A stretch of DNA of 64,000 nucleotides from Salinivirgaceae bacterium (GTDB lineage: Bacteria; Bacteroidota; Bacteroidia; Bacteroidales; SZUA-534). The notes beneath the pieces are model-generated. The model saw nothing but the letters and a program-made list of their open reading frames with translations. It was not told the DNA's origin and ran no database searches. The DNA is taken from contig JAFYYJ010000122.1 of NCBI GenBank assembly GCA_017557605.1, forward strand, positions 1,344 to 65,343, read 5' to 3'. Both the position numbers and the translations under genes were made by a program. Shown piece after piece: positions 28,076 to 38,507 of the stretch. The first letter of the stretch is position 1, and each line of letters begins with the position of its first letter.

Positions 28076-31000
28076 TTACCTTACAATTGTAACAGGACCT
28101 GTTTTCTTCTTACCACCAAGCTTATCGCTGCTGCATTGGATTACATAGTAGTATGTACCCGACGGCAGCGGCTTGTTCTTAGCATTTCTACCATTCCACT
28201 GGTTAGCCACGTACTCGAGGCCGCTTCCTGAGAACTGCCATACACGTCCGCCCCAGCGGTTGAAGACGTAGATGTTGACATGCTCGTACGATGACAAACC
28301 GTCAATTCCCCATGTCTCGTTGTATGCATCACCATTAGGAGTGAACACATCAGCTGGTTTTATTCCGCTTACTGTTCTGACATCGACGCTCTCAGTGTAA
28401 CGGCAAGCAAAAGTGGTGTCTTCAAGGTAGAACATCACGCTGTCGCTGACTTTGAAGGTCAGATTCTCGGCAAACGGACGGACAACGGCCGGCATGGTGT
28501 CGTGCGATGACATCCAGAAGGCATTGTCGGTGTTGGTTGCCCATTGGAAGTTATTCTCGTACTCGTAAGAGTAGAGCATGTCGAATGTAAGAGTGTTGGC
28601 TACCAGATAGAGCTCTGCACCCTCGGCCACCTCGTAAACTCCGTTATTCTTCAGCGCCTCTGAGTCGAAGCCGTCCATTTCGATATGCGTCTTGAGCTTG
28701 TTATCGGGCTTCATTGCCACTGCGTGCAGCGAATCGATAGCCATGCAGACACCGTTGGTGGCTTTCACATAGTAGTAGGTGTCGCCGCCGTAAGGCAAGA
28801 ATGTGAACGGAAGGATAAAGTCTGGCTCACTGCCTACTGAATCAATACCCAGAACCACATTTCCGTCAGCGTCTATCACGTAGCGTGGCTTAGCCGGCTC
28901 CTCGGTAACTGGTACGGATTCTGTTGGGAGGCTGTCAATTATCACGCTGTCAACCTCTGTGCTGTCGCCGTTGGCGCGCAGGAAGTAATGACGCATTTTG
29001 CTGATAGCCAAAGCTGTATCGATACGAGTTGTGTCGGCACTTGTGGTGTCAGGCTCAACAACAGTTTCTTCCTCTTCTTCCTCCTCAACGTATGGCGTGT
29101 ACCACTTCATCGACTTGTATGCCGATGTTGTGTGTGCGTATGCCTTCAACTCGTTGTCCGGGCAAGTAAATATCTCGTCAGACTGAGTGTTGGCGAAGTA
29201 GATGTCGTCGATTGCAAAGCCGTTGCGGCTGCCGAGCTTGCGGCTTACAGTTGTCGAGCACGACAAGGTGTCGCCGTAGCCAATTGTTATAGTGTGACGG
29301 CCTGAAGCCAAACCACTAAACTGTCCGCTGCTCTGAACCTTACCGCCATCAATCCGATAACGAAGGTCTTTATTCTCAATGGTATCGACACCTGTTATAG
29401 TGCTTGATACTGAATAGAAGGCTGTTACGTTGAGTGAGCCATCGAGTGATAATTCACCGGCATCGGTATAAGTGTCGCAAAGTGGCAATGATAGGTCGAC
29501 TTTGAGAACCATTATCTCAGGATGTTCTGAGTAAACACGGAACGGAACGGAGTCGCTGACGCAAGACTTGACGTCGGTTACACGAACCTTGTAGTTACCT
29601 GTCGGCAACAGACTGCTGAAGCTAATCACTGATGTGTCAACACTTGGCGTCTGCTCGTAATACTCATCGCCAAAGAATTCGAAGCGGTTGAACAATCCCG
29701 CACCACCTTCCAAACCGGATATTTCAATAGTACCATCGCTCAAATTATAGCAAGAGTTTGGTATTGTGCTCGATACCGAGAACACTATTGGCATTGGTTG
29801 TCCAAGTTCGAAAGTATCGGTTTTAACGCAGAGTGAATCATCGGTTACAACTACCGAATAGGTTCCTGCTGCCAAACCACCAATTGATGCGGTTGTTTCG
29901 CCATTGCTCCACTGATAAGTGAAGTTTGTACTGCTCTTACTTGTAGCTTCGATTGACAATTTACCATCTTCGTAGCCAAAGCAGCGTGGTGCTGTAGAAT
30001 CGGTGCGTGTGATGGTGAATTCCGACAAGTCAGGAACAGTAATCACTGTATCGTATTGGCATCCAAGGTCGTCAACAACAAGCAGATTGTAATCATCGGT
30101 AGCCAAACCTGTGACTTTTACTGGTTTTGCTCCAGAATTCACAACAACTGAGTCTGTCCAATCGCTATGCGAGAAGTAATATTTGAATGGTACGTTACCA
30201 CCGAATTCTTCTGCCAAATTAGCAGGTTCCACAATTGTTATTGTACCTATAGCATTGTAGCAGAACGAACCTTCAGGAATAATATTTGCATTAGGAATAT
30301 GGAGTCTTGTCGACGGTTGTCCAACCTCAATAGTTGTAGTGTCGGATACACGGCCATTGCTTTGTGATATTACAACGGTGTATAAACCGGCTTTCAATCC
30401 ACTGATAGATGCTGTTGTAGCAACTGAGTCGGCGGGCCAATTCTCACTTGTCCACTCATATTTATAAGCCTCATAGTAGCCACCAACACCTGAAACTTCC
30501 AAAACACCATTGTCGCCACCGTAGCATGTGGTTGCCACCAATTGTATAGTGTCACATGAAAGCGGACGATGCTCAATTTGTATTGTTGTATCAACCGCGC
30601 AACCAAGCGGGTTTTCATCTTCAATATGCAAAGTATAGTAACCTTCACAAAGGCTGTACACAGTTGTTGTCGTTGCTGCATCCTGCGATTCTAACGAGTT
30701 GTTTGAAGCGTCAGACCATGAATAGGTGTATCCGCCAATTCCTCCGCCAATGGTTACTGTAAGCGAACCATCACAGTTCGGGTCGCCCGTCAAATCTGGA
30801 TAGTTAGCAATATTGGTAACGCGCAATGCCAGCGTATTGCCTATATCAACGCTACCTGCACGACGGCAACCATCATCGGCAACAACCACTACACGGTTAG
30901 AACCATAATGCAAGGTCTTTACTGTCTCGCCTTGAGCGACAGTGTCAGTGCCGTTCCAAATAATCATCGATTTTGTGAAGACGTTATTGATATTGCCATC

Positions 31001-34000
31001 TGCGTCAAGGCCGTAAACAGTGTTTATAGTAGCCTCACCAGTAGGATGCTGGATACAAGCCACATCTTTTGTAACTGGTTTCCCGAATTCGATGTTACCC
31101 TTATCGAGGACCTCAACTGTGTCATAAATGGCACATCCAAGCGAATCGACTATTTTGGCAACGTAGATGTCTGCCGCAATATCTTTTATTGAGTCAACCG
31201 TACCGATAATATCAGTAGTGTTTACAACAAACCAACTGAAAGAGTATGGTTGAACGCCACCTTCAAGATTCAGTTTTATCTTGCCTGTCGGTACTGCGCA
31301 CTCCGACTTGACTGTGTCTGCCGATAACACTGCTAACGGTTTCTCCGGTTGTTGAATGGTAATAGTGTCGTAAATCGGGCAATTGTTGTCATCGGTAATC
31401 ATGACAGCATACTTGCCTGCGCCAACATTACTCAATACCGAATCGGCAACTTCAGTGTTTTCAGTAAAATTGAACCAAGTGTAGTTGTAGCTCTTGTTGG
31501 CAGCGGTTCCACCCTTGGCTTCTGCATAGAAGCTAGCCACATTGTCACCGTAGCACTGGATTGCTTGAGCGAAGATGATGGTGTCTTTAATTTGCGATGG
31601 TTGACCAATTGTAATAGTATCGCTTGCCGGACAACCATTCTCATCAATCACATCGACATAATACCTGCCAGCCGGTATTCCTGTTAATATAGAATCTGTC
31701 AGCGTATTATCGCCATTCCACATGAAGCTGAAATCCGGGTCACCATTTCCAACAACCACTGCAACTGAAGTTGTTCCGTTATAGCAGTCTATCGAATCCG
31801 CTACGAACGACAACGTCATCGGGTCTGGTATGGTATTTATTGTGGTATCCTTAGAGCAACCTTTGGCATCGGTAATGGTGAAGGTAATGCTACCACCCAT
31901 CAGGTTTGTAACTTTTAACGCATCATTATCAATAACTGCTCCTGCATCGTTGCAAGTAATTGTATACTTAGAGGCAGGCACCTTGCCTTGAGTTCCCCCA
32001 CTAACTGTAAACTGAACCTCACCATCAGTTGTTCCGCAAGGAGTAAGTGTTACAACCGCGCTTATGCTGATTGAGTCAGGCTCTGGCATTACGAATATAG
32101 AATCAGAAGTACACCCATTTTCATCGGTTACTGTAACTTTGTAACTGCCAGCTGTTAGCTCACTAGCGAGAGCAACTGTAGACTTCTCATTTGATGTGAG
32201 AACATCTATCCATCGGTATGTTGGTTCGCCAACACCGTCAGATGAAGTTACTAAGATTGAACCATCGTTGCCTCCGTAGCACTTAACTGTATCTTGGCTG
32301 AGTTTTTCAATTTTAATCTTTTCAGGTTGACCAACCTCGACTGTGGTTGTCGCTTTACAACCATGGCTATCTGTTACACGAACATAGTATGTGCCAGCAT
32401 AGAGGTCGGTAGTGTCGTTATCTGAAACAAGGTCGTTAAAGTCCTCATCTTTAGCCCACTCAAATATATTGTATACGCCTGAACCACCTATGGCATTGGC
32501 CACCGCACGGGCATCGTTGCCACCATAGCAAGTTACATTCAGACCAATTGGTGAGATATATGACAATGTATGGTGGTCTGGAATTATTTCCACAGGATTC
32601 AATACTCTCGAATTAAAAGTGATGGTCTGCAAGTCACCATCGTAATTATAATCGGTGAACTTTATTACGGCTTGTTGCAGTTTGCCTCCTGTACTATATG
32701 GACCACCTACTCTAACCGCCCAACCGCCTTCAGCCGGATTCTTTCCGTAGATTCCACTCACATCACCTGTAATACCAAACGTACCACTCTGGGGTTGGTT
32801 CATAGTGAATTGAGCCAAATCAAGTTCAAGTGCCGGACTTGTAGTAAATATGAAATCGAATTCATCTCCAGCTGCAGGCCATAAGCCGGGAAGGTCCTCC
32901 ATTCCCTTATCACTTTTATGGTCATAAAGTTTCAGGGATGTTCCGTCTGGAGCTACCAAATAGTATCCCAAATCGTATGCCTCAACAATGCTGCCAACAA
33001 CTTGTACTTCTATCTTAGTTGAAGATGCTATCGGGAACGGAATGATACCGCCGACTGCAACAACAAATTCCGGCAAAATATTAATAGTCACTTTATCGGT
33101 TGTTTTGCCGCAAGATTCGCTATCAACTGTCAAAGTAAGAATTGCCTTATGTGCTGCCAAATCGGCATCGCTTGGTTTATAGGTTGTATGCAAATCATTG
33201 ATATCACCGAAAGTACCACCTGATTCCGACGACCATTCAATGGTTGTTCCGTTTTCAAAAGAAGCGTCAAGCAAGACATAGTCGCTGCCATAGCAAATAG
33301 TAGTATCTTTCCCTGCAAAAGCAGAAGGTCCTTGCGTGTTGGTTATCACAATTTTATAATCTTTTGAGCAACCATAAGTGTTGTCAGAAATGGTGCAAGT
33401 CAGGTTGTAAGTTCCGGCTGTAGTGCAAGCAAAGGTTGGTGTGGCACTTTTATCATCATCAAGATAATCAACTCCATCGCCGCTCCACGCGTAACTGAAA
33501 CTGCCGCTACCGCCCGATGCTGTAGCGTCCAATCCAACGCTTCCATTGGTGCACGAGGTTTCGGTTGATGACAATGCGCTTGTCGGCAAGTCATGAACAG
33601 TTAAGTCAAAGTCTGTTGCTACCGCTGCCGTACAACCATTTCCATTGGTATAGCTAACTGATACTTTGTGTGGACCTGCAGTTGTCCATGTGTAATCAAA
33701 AGTTTCAGTTCCGCTCTCTGGTGTTCCTCCGTCAACTGACCAATAATAATTGCTCATTCCGCTTTCGGTTGTGTAAGTACCGGTTTTGTCTTGGCATATC
33801 TCATCATCAGCCATGATTGTTGGAACTGGCAACGGATTGATTGTGATAGTTACTGACGAAGAAAGCGGGTCAACGCATGGTGCGTTTGGTGTAAGTGTAA
33901 GTGTTAGTGTTACGCTTCCTGCCGCTATTTCATCTGTGCCAAATGTGTAAGTTGGTTTCAAAGTAGATGCATTGTCAAACGTTCCGTTACCTGATGATGT

Positions 34001-37000
34001 CCAAAGTAACGATGTATAATGGTCGGCTGTTGCAGCTGATAATGGGTATGTTGCTTGGTCGGCGCAAACCGCATCGTTTATGGCTTCGAAAATTACAGGT
34101 TCGGCGACGAAGGTTATATCAGCTTCATCGTATGCTTGGCACGAACCAACCATTTCAGTCAACCGCAAAGTATAAGTACCTTCGGCATTCGCTTTGAATT
34201 GTGTTGCTGTAACAGACGCTCCAGGACTGGCTGTTGACCAAGCAAAATCAGATGTTGTGCCTGTTACGCTTTGTGTGGTTGTCGGCAATGTGTATTCCAA
34301 TCCGCAAACTGTTGCATTTTCAATATTTGGAACAGGCATCGGATTAACTGTCAATGTCATCTTTTTACCTCCTGATTCATCGCAGCCATATTTTGGTGTA
34401 GCCGAAATAGTTACTTGTTTCCATTCCGTTGAAAGTGCTGCGTGATAAGTTGCCGCGTTTGAGCCCAGAGTAGGCGTTCCACCATCTGACACAATCCACT
34501 GATAATTGGTGAAATTCTCATGAGTTATTACATTAACTGTATAATCATCGCCAGCACAAATTGTAGCCTCATACTCCTCAAATTCCATAACCGGCTTTGC
34601 CTTGAATGTGACATTAGCAGTGGCAGTGGCGCTACAATTGGCACCATTGATTTCCGTCATTGTTATGGCGTATGTTCCGTATGCGGCCCCCTCGTTAAGG
34701 GTTGCTGTTATTGTAGCTGTAGTTCCTGTCTCGCTTTGGCCTGTTAGCGTTACTCCTGCCGAAGCGTTCCACACAACTTTATTGCCGGCTGTAGTCATAT
34801 TGGCAGTTATTACATCAGTTGTGCCGCAAATCTCTATTGCACTTGCAATTGATGGTGTCGGATTTGCATAAACATGGAATGTATATGTTTTAGGAACTGC
34901 AGGGCAAATACCACCATTGCTTGCTGTAACAGTAAGTGTTACATCCTGGTCAGCTGCAGAAGGTACAAATTTGGCTGTCTTTGATGATGACGAACCTGAT
35001 TGGGTAAGTGTTCCTGCACCTGTTGCCGTCCAAACCAAATCGGTAGCATCAGTTGCCGTAGCCGCTACTTCAACATCGCCCGTCTCACAAATATCATCAG
35101 GTGACGGTACTGTTACTTCCGGCGCTTTGTGGAAAGTTACTGATTGTGGTGAACTTGTAGCCGAGCAACCTTCTGTTGTTGCTTCGGTAACAGTCACATT
35201 ATAATAAACTCCATTATCGCCGTCAATGGTAACATTCGCCCCTGTAGGCGGGTTAATTTTTAATGTGTTATCACCTCCATTATCCCATGTTAATGTTCCG
35301 CCAAGAGTAGCGTGAGCGGTTGCGGTTGTCGTTAATCCGCAAATATCACCCAAAGCATCAATTGTTGGAGCAGGAACATCGCCTACTGTCAATTCAAAAG
35401 TTGCTGTTTCCGGTGCTGTACAAACTGTAGGATGGTTGCTTGTAGCTGTAAGTGTGAGTGTTATTGTTTTACCATAGTCAGCCTCCCCCGGAGTATATAC
35501 CGTGTTAAGCGAGTTATCCGGGCTGAATGTGCCTGCACCACCGCTCCATTTTACATTAGTGCAGTTCGATGTTGCAGATAAAGAGATTGTTTTGTTTCCG
35601 CAGACAGTACCCGATGTGCCTGTAGTAATGGTTACTGTTGGTGCGTCGTAGAAAGTTACGGGGGTTGCCGCACTTTCTTTAGGGCAGCCATCTAACGTTT
35701 CCTCAACATATATATTATATGTGTTGGCTGAAGTAGCAGTTACGGTTGTTGTCTCTCCATTAGGCGAACCAAATGTCAAACCTCCACCTATTGGCTTCCA
35801 AGTAAGCGTGCTGCCTGAAAGCGAATGTGTAGCCGAAGCTAACGTTGTCAATCCGCAAACATCAGCAGCAATCGTTGGCGCTGACGGATTAGGCACTTTT
35901 TTTACTGTAAGAGTGTAATACGCATATACAACCGGGCACGCCTCACTTGTACCTGTCAATGTTAGAGTTATTGTCTTACCGGCATCAGATGCGGCTGGAG
36001 TGTAAGTAGTATTTACTGTTGTTTCGCTACTGAACGTACCTGCGGCATTGGAACTCTTTGCCCACTGCAGCGTGCAGTTCGTTGATGAACCTTTAATATC
36101 AACCGGAGTAGTTCCGCAAGTTGAGCCTGATGTTGATGTAAGACTTAATGTGGGTTCGTCGTAGAATGTAATAGTTACTGTACCTGTGCTAAATCCTGGA
36201 CACTTTGCAGCCGATTTTTCAGTTTCTTTTACACGGAATGTATAAGCACCCGCTTTAGTAACGGTAACATTCAAACCATCTATAGAAGATACTGAACCTC
36301 CAGAAGTGGTGCTAACAAAATCAACCTCCAAATCACCTCCCATTTTGGCTGTAGCGGCAATGCTTGTAGAAAGGCCACAAACCGAACGGTCAGAATCGTC
36401 CATTGTCGGCTCTGGAGTTGCTATAATATCGATAGTTTTTGTACAAGTATCTGGTGTACATGTTCCGTTTGTCACTATCATTGACAACGTCGCTTTCCCC
36501 ACACCGTCTAATGAAATTGTTGGTGATTTTGTATCGCCACCGCTTGTTATTGAAGCCGGACCTGAAACCAACCAATTTATGCTCTCGTCATTCTCTGCGG
36601 ATGCGTCATTTACTGTATATGAAAGCTTTTCTTTACATATAGTAACATCAGCACCAGCATTGGCAACAGGTGCGGGAATTGGTGTGATTTCCGTACTAAG
36701 GTCGTTAGGACTTTTCAGTTTTGTTGCATTTGTCGTGTTATCACAACCAGCTTCATCAGATATTAAAATATCATATTCTCCTGCTGGCAAACCGCTGATA
36801 TCAGGTGAATCGGTTGTTCCACTATGGGAACCTGGACCTGCATAACTGAAGGAAAGGGCTCCGGTACCTCCTGAAGCATTTATATGAATAATACCGGTTT
36901 CTTCTCCTACACAACTTGCTTCATTGTCGAATGTTGCGGTTATTCTTTCCGGACCGTCGGTGTAATTGTTCATATTGGCCGGACCTGTAGGCCTATATGC

Positions 37001-38230
37001 ATATTTTTCTGCTACATATACACAATGATTCTCATCTTCAATAGTTAAGAAATTTGTTCTACCCGCTATAGCTGTAAATGTTGCAGACGAGCCATATCCT
37101 CCTCCATTATTCTCCCAAGTAAAGGAGTATTCGCCTGTACCGCCAGTAATATTATGTGTCAATATTAAATCATCGCCCCAACAGGTTGCGCCGGTACCAA
37201 CAATAATACCGCCCGAAAATATTGGAGCATAACCTACTGTTACATTTTGAGGTTCCGAAATTGATGTGCCTACCTGATAACTTACCATATGGGTACCAGG
37301 CGCAACATTTGGAAAAGTCACATCTTTTCCTACCTTGCTTATCGATTTTATTGTACCATTTCCTTCATCGTTAAGAACTACCTCCGACAATAAAACTTTA
37401 AATTCTCCCTCTCCATCAATAATTACTCTAATAGAACCATCATTAAGAACAGTCTGTGCATTTTCCGGACAACTAACAGCTGTAGGTATTGGCGTCAAAG
37501 ATGCTTTCGATGCGCGATAAGTCCCAATAACACCATATTTTAAACCATCAATTGTAAAGAAATTGCCTTGAGGAGTGTCTCTGAACAATATTTTCGAATT
37601 TTCAGCTTCTAAGGTCAAGTTCGAAGCCGAACGCAAATTCCACTTGTCGCAAACAATAGTTGATTTTTTAATATTGAGCATTTCTGCTTTTTCGGTTGCC
37701 GAAAATTCAGCACACGCTATACTATGACCATTTGCATTTAGCGAGCCGGATTTTAATGTGATATTGCCATCAACATCCAACGGAATAGCCAAAGTCCAAC
37801 TGCCACCATCAATAATAACGTCTGTCGGAACAATCGGGAATATATTAATGGTATTGTTTCCTTCTCCCGACAACACCAACGCTCCGCGCAACTTGCCAAA
37901 GTCGGCATTAGCGTCAACGCTGATTGAGCCGCTGACAGTGAAGTCTTTCTTGCCAGACAATGCAAAGTTGGCGTCGATAGCCGTAAAGCTGCCCACTTGC
38001 ACTGCATCGCTGAACGACACCGTGTTGCGTGCGCCGCTGAACGAATTTTCATCGAACACTACACTTGTACCTGATTCCGGCACCGTTGCACCCGGCTCGC
38101 CGCCCGATGTGGTTGACCAGTGGCTCTCGTCAGTCCAACTGCCGCTGCCGCCTACCCAGAATCTCGACTCTTGACCGAATAGTTGCGCTGCAACTAATAA
38201 AATCGATACGGTTAAAATATGTCTCTTCAT
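28076..38230 (-). CDS. giant SprB-like surface adhesin (3384 aa) with Ig/PKD-like repeats, P-domain-like module, SprB repeats and T9SS type-B C-terminal domain
   Basis: Signal peptide; FWVGGSGSW.D..HWS..SGG N-domain; C..G.I...GG...Y.W...L.AG.Y.V.VTD..GC repeats; C-terminus VFTPNGD..NE.W...VFNRWG...WNG....LPSGTYYY...G.VTIVR. Confidence 0.92.
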   Translation of the reverse strand: MKRHILTVSILLVAAQLFGQESRFWVGGSGSWTDESHWSTTSGGEPGATVPESGTSVVFDENSFSGARNTVSFSDAVQVGSFTAIDANFALSGKKDFTVSGSISVDANADFGKLRGALVLSGEGNNTINIFPIVPTDVIIDGGSWTLAIPLDVDGNITLKSGSLNANGHSIACAEFSATEKAEMLNIKKSTIVCDKWNLRSASNLTLEAENSKILFRDTPQGNFFTIDGLKYGVIGTYRASKASLTPIPTAVSCPENAQTVLNDGSIRVIIDGEGEFKVLLSEVVLNDEGNGTIKSISKVGKDVTFPNVAPGTHMVSYQVGTSISEPQNVTVGYAPIFSGGIIVGTGATCWGDDLILTHNITGGTGEYSFTWENNGGGYGSSATFTAIAGRTNFLTIEDENHCVYVAEKYAYRPTGPANMNNYTDGPERITATFDNEASCVGEETGIIHINASGGTGALSFSYAGPGSHSGTTDSPDISGLPAGEYDILISDEAGCDNTTNATKLKSPNDLSTEITPIPAPVANAGADVTICKEKLSYTVNDASAENDESINWLVSGPASITSGGDTKSPTISLDGVGKATLSMIVTNGTCTPDTCTKTIDIIATPEPTMDDSDRSVCGLSTSIAATAKMGGDLEVDFVSTTSGGSVSSIDGLNVTVTKAGAYTFRVKETEKSAAKCPGFSTGTVTITFYDEPTLSLTSTSGSTCGTTPVDIKGSSTNCTLQWAKSSNAAGTFSSETTVNTTYTPAASDAGKTITLTLTGTSEACPVVYAYYTLTVKKVPNPSAPTIAADVCGLTTLASATHSLSGSTLTWKPIGGGLTFGSPNGETTTVTATSANTYNIYVEETLDGCPKESAATPVTFYDAPTVTITTGTSGTVCGNKTISLSATSNCTNVKWSGGAGTFSPDNSLNTVYTPGEADYGKTITLTLTATSNHPTVCTAPETATFELTVGDVPAPTIDALGDICGLTTTATAHATLGGTLTWDNGGDNTLKINPPTGANVTIDGDNGVYYNVTVTEATTEGCSATSSPQSVTFHKAPEVTVPSPDDICETGDVEVAATATDATDLVWTATGAGTLTQSGSSSSKTAKFVPSAADQDVTLTVTASNGGICPAVPKTYTFHVYANPTPSIASAIEICGTTDVITANMTTAGNKVVWNASAGVTLTGQSETGTTATITATLNEGAAYGTYAITMTEINGANCSATATANVTFKAKPVMEFEEYEATICAGDDYTVNVITHENFTNYQWIVSDGGTPTLGSNAATYHAALSTEWKQVTISATPKYGCDESGGKKMTLTVNPMPVPNIENATVCGLEYTLPTTTQSVTGTTSDFAWSTASPGASVTATQFKANAEGTYTLRLTEMVGSCQAYDEADITFVAEPVIFEAINDAVCADQATYPLSAATADHYTSLLWTSSGNGTFDNASTLKPTYTFGTDEIAAGSVTLTLTLTPNAPCVDPLSSSVTITINPLPVPTIMADDEICQDKTGTYTTESGMSNYYWSVDGGTPESGTETFDYTWTTAGPHKVSVSYTNGNGCTAAVATDFDLTVHDLPTSALSSTETSCTNGSVGLDATASGGSGSFSYAWSGDGVDYLDDDKSATPTFACTTAGTYNLTCTISDNTYGCSKDYKIVITNTQGPSAFAGKDTTICYGSDYVLLDASFENGTTIEWSSESGGTFGDINDLHTTYKPSDADLAAHKAILTLTVDSESCGKTTDKVTINILPEFVVAVGGIIPFPIASSTKIEVQVVGSIVEAYDLGYYLVAPDGTSLKLYDHKSDKGMEDLPGLWPAAGDEFDFIFTTSPALELDLAQFTMNQPQSGTFGITGDVSGIYGKNPAEGGWAVRVGGPYSTGGKLQQAVIKFTDYNYDGDLQTITFNSRVLNPVEIIPDHHTLSYISPIGLNVTCYGGNDARAVANAIGGSGVYNIFEWAKDEDFNDLVSDNDTTDLYAGTYYVRVTDSHGCKATTTVEVGQPEKIKIEKLSQDTVKCYGGNDGSILVTSSDGVGEPTYRWIDVLTSNEKSTVALASELTAGSYKVTVTDENGCTSDSIFVMPEPDSISISAVVTLTPCGTTDGEVQFTVSGGTQGKVPASKYTITCNDAGAVIDNDALKVTNLMGGSITFTITDAKGCSKDTTINTIPDPMTLSFVADSIDCYNGTTSVAVVVGNGDPDFSFMWNGDNTLTDSILTGIPAGRYYVDVIDENGCPASDTITIGQPSQIKDTIIFAQAIQCYGDNVASFYAEAKGGTAANKSYNYTWFNFTENTEVADSVLSNVGAGKYAVMITDDNNCPIYDTITIQQPEKPLAVLSADTVKSECAVPTGKIKLNLEGGVQPYSFSWFVVNTTDIIGTVDSIKDIAADIYVAKIVDSLGCAIYDTVEVLDKGNIEFGKPVTKDVACIQHPTGEATINTVYGLDADGNINNVFTKSMIIWNGTDTVAQGETVKTLHYGSNRVVVVADDGCRRAGSVDIGNTLALRVTNIANYPDLTGDPNCDGSLTVTIGGGIGGYTYSWSDASNNSLESQDAATTTTVYSLCEGYYTLHIEDENPLGCAVDTTIQIEHRPLSCDTIQLVATTCYGGDNGVLEVSGVGGYYEAYKYEWTSENWPADSVATTASISGLKAGLYTVVISQSNGRVSDTTTIEVGQPSTRLHIPNANIIPEGSFCYNAIGTITIVEPANLAEEFGGNVPFKYYFSHSDWTDSVVVNSGAKPVKVTGLATDDYNLLVVDDLGCQYDTVITVPDLSEFTITRTDSTAPRCFGYEDGKLSIEATSKSSTNFTYQWSNGETTASIGGLAAGTYSVVVTDDSLCVKTDTFELGQPMPIVFSVSSTIPNSCYNLSDGTIEISGLEGGAGLFNRFEFFGDEYYEQTPSVDTSVISFSSLLPTGNYKVRVTDVKSCVSDSVPFRVYSEHPEIMVLKVDLSLPLCDTYTDAGELSLDGSLNVTAFYSVSSTITGVDTIENKDLRYRIDGGKVQSSGQFSGLASGRHTITIGYGDTLSCSTTVSRKLGSRNGFAIDDIYFANTQSDEIFTCPDNELKAYAHTTSAYKSMKWYTPYVEEEEEEETVVEPDTTSADTTRIDTALAISKMRHYFLRANGDSTEVDSVIIDSLPTESVPVTEEPAKPRYVIDADGNVVLGIDSVGSEPDFILPFTFLPYGGDTYYYVKATNGVCMAIDSLHAVAMKPDNKLKTHIEMDGFDSEALKNNGVYEVAEGAELYLVANTLTFDMLYSYEYENNFQWATNTDNAFWMSSHDTMPAVVRPFAENLTFKVSDSVMFYLEDTTFACRYTESVDVRTVSGIKPADVFTPNGDAYNETWGIDGLSSYEHVNIYVFNRWGGRVWQFSGSGLEYVANQWNGRNAKNKPLPSGTYYYVIQCSSDKLGGKKKTGPVTIVR

Positions 38231-38507
38231 AACCTATATTATTGAAGTGTTTCTATTCATCTTTCTTGTCGCGCCCGCTTTTGGGTACTTCAAGCGCATA
38301 AAAGTAAATTTTATTTAAATCAGCGTTTTTTAGCTTTGATAATTCGACAATAAAACGTGATTAAATACGATTATACATTGCCAAACCTACTTGGCAGTTG
38401 ATAAATAACGGTCCTTCGCACAATAAACATCGGATAAAAACGTAGGGAGGTAGATACCGCAATATCAAAACTCATTATTTTTATATTTGCTAACAAAACA
38501 TAACAAT

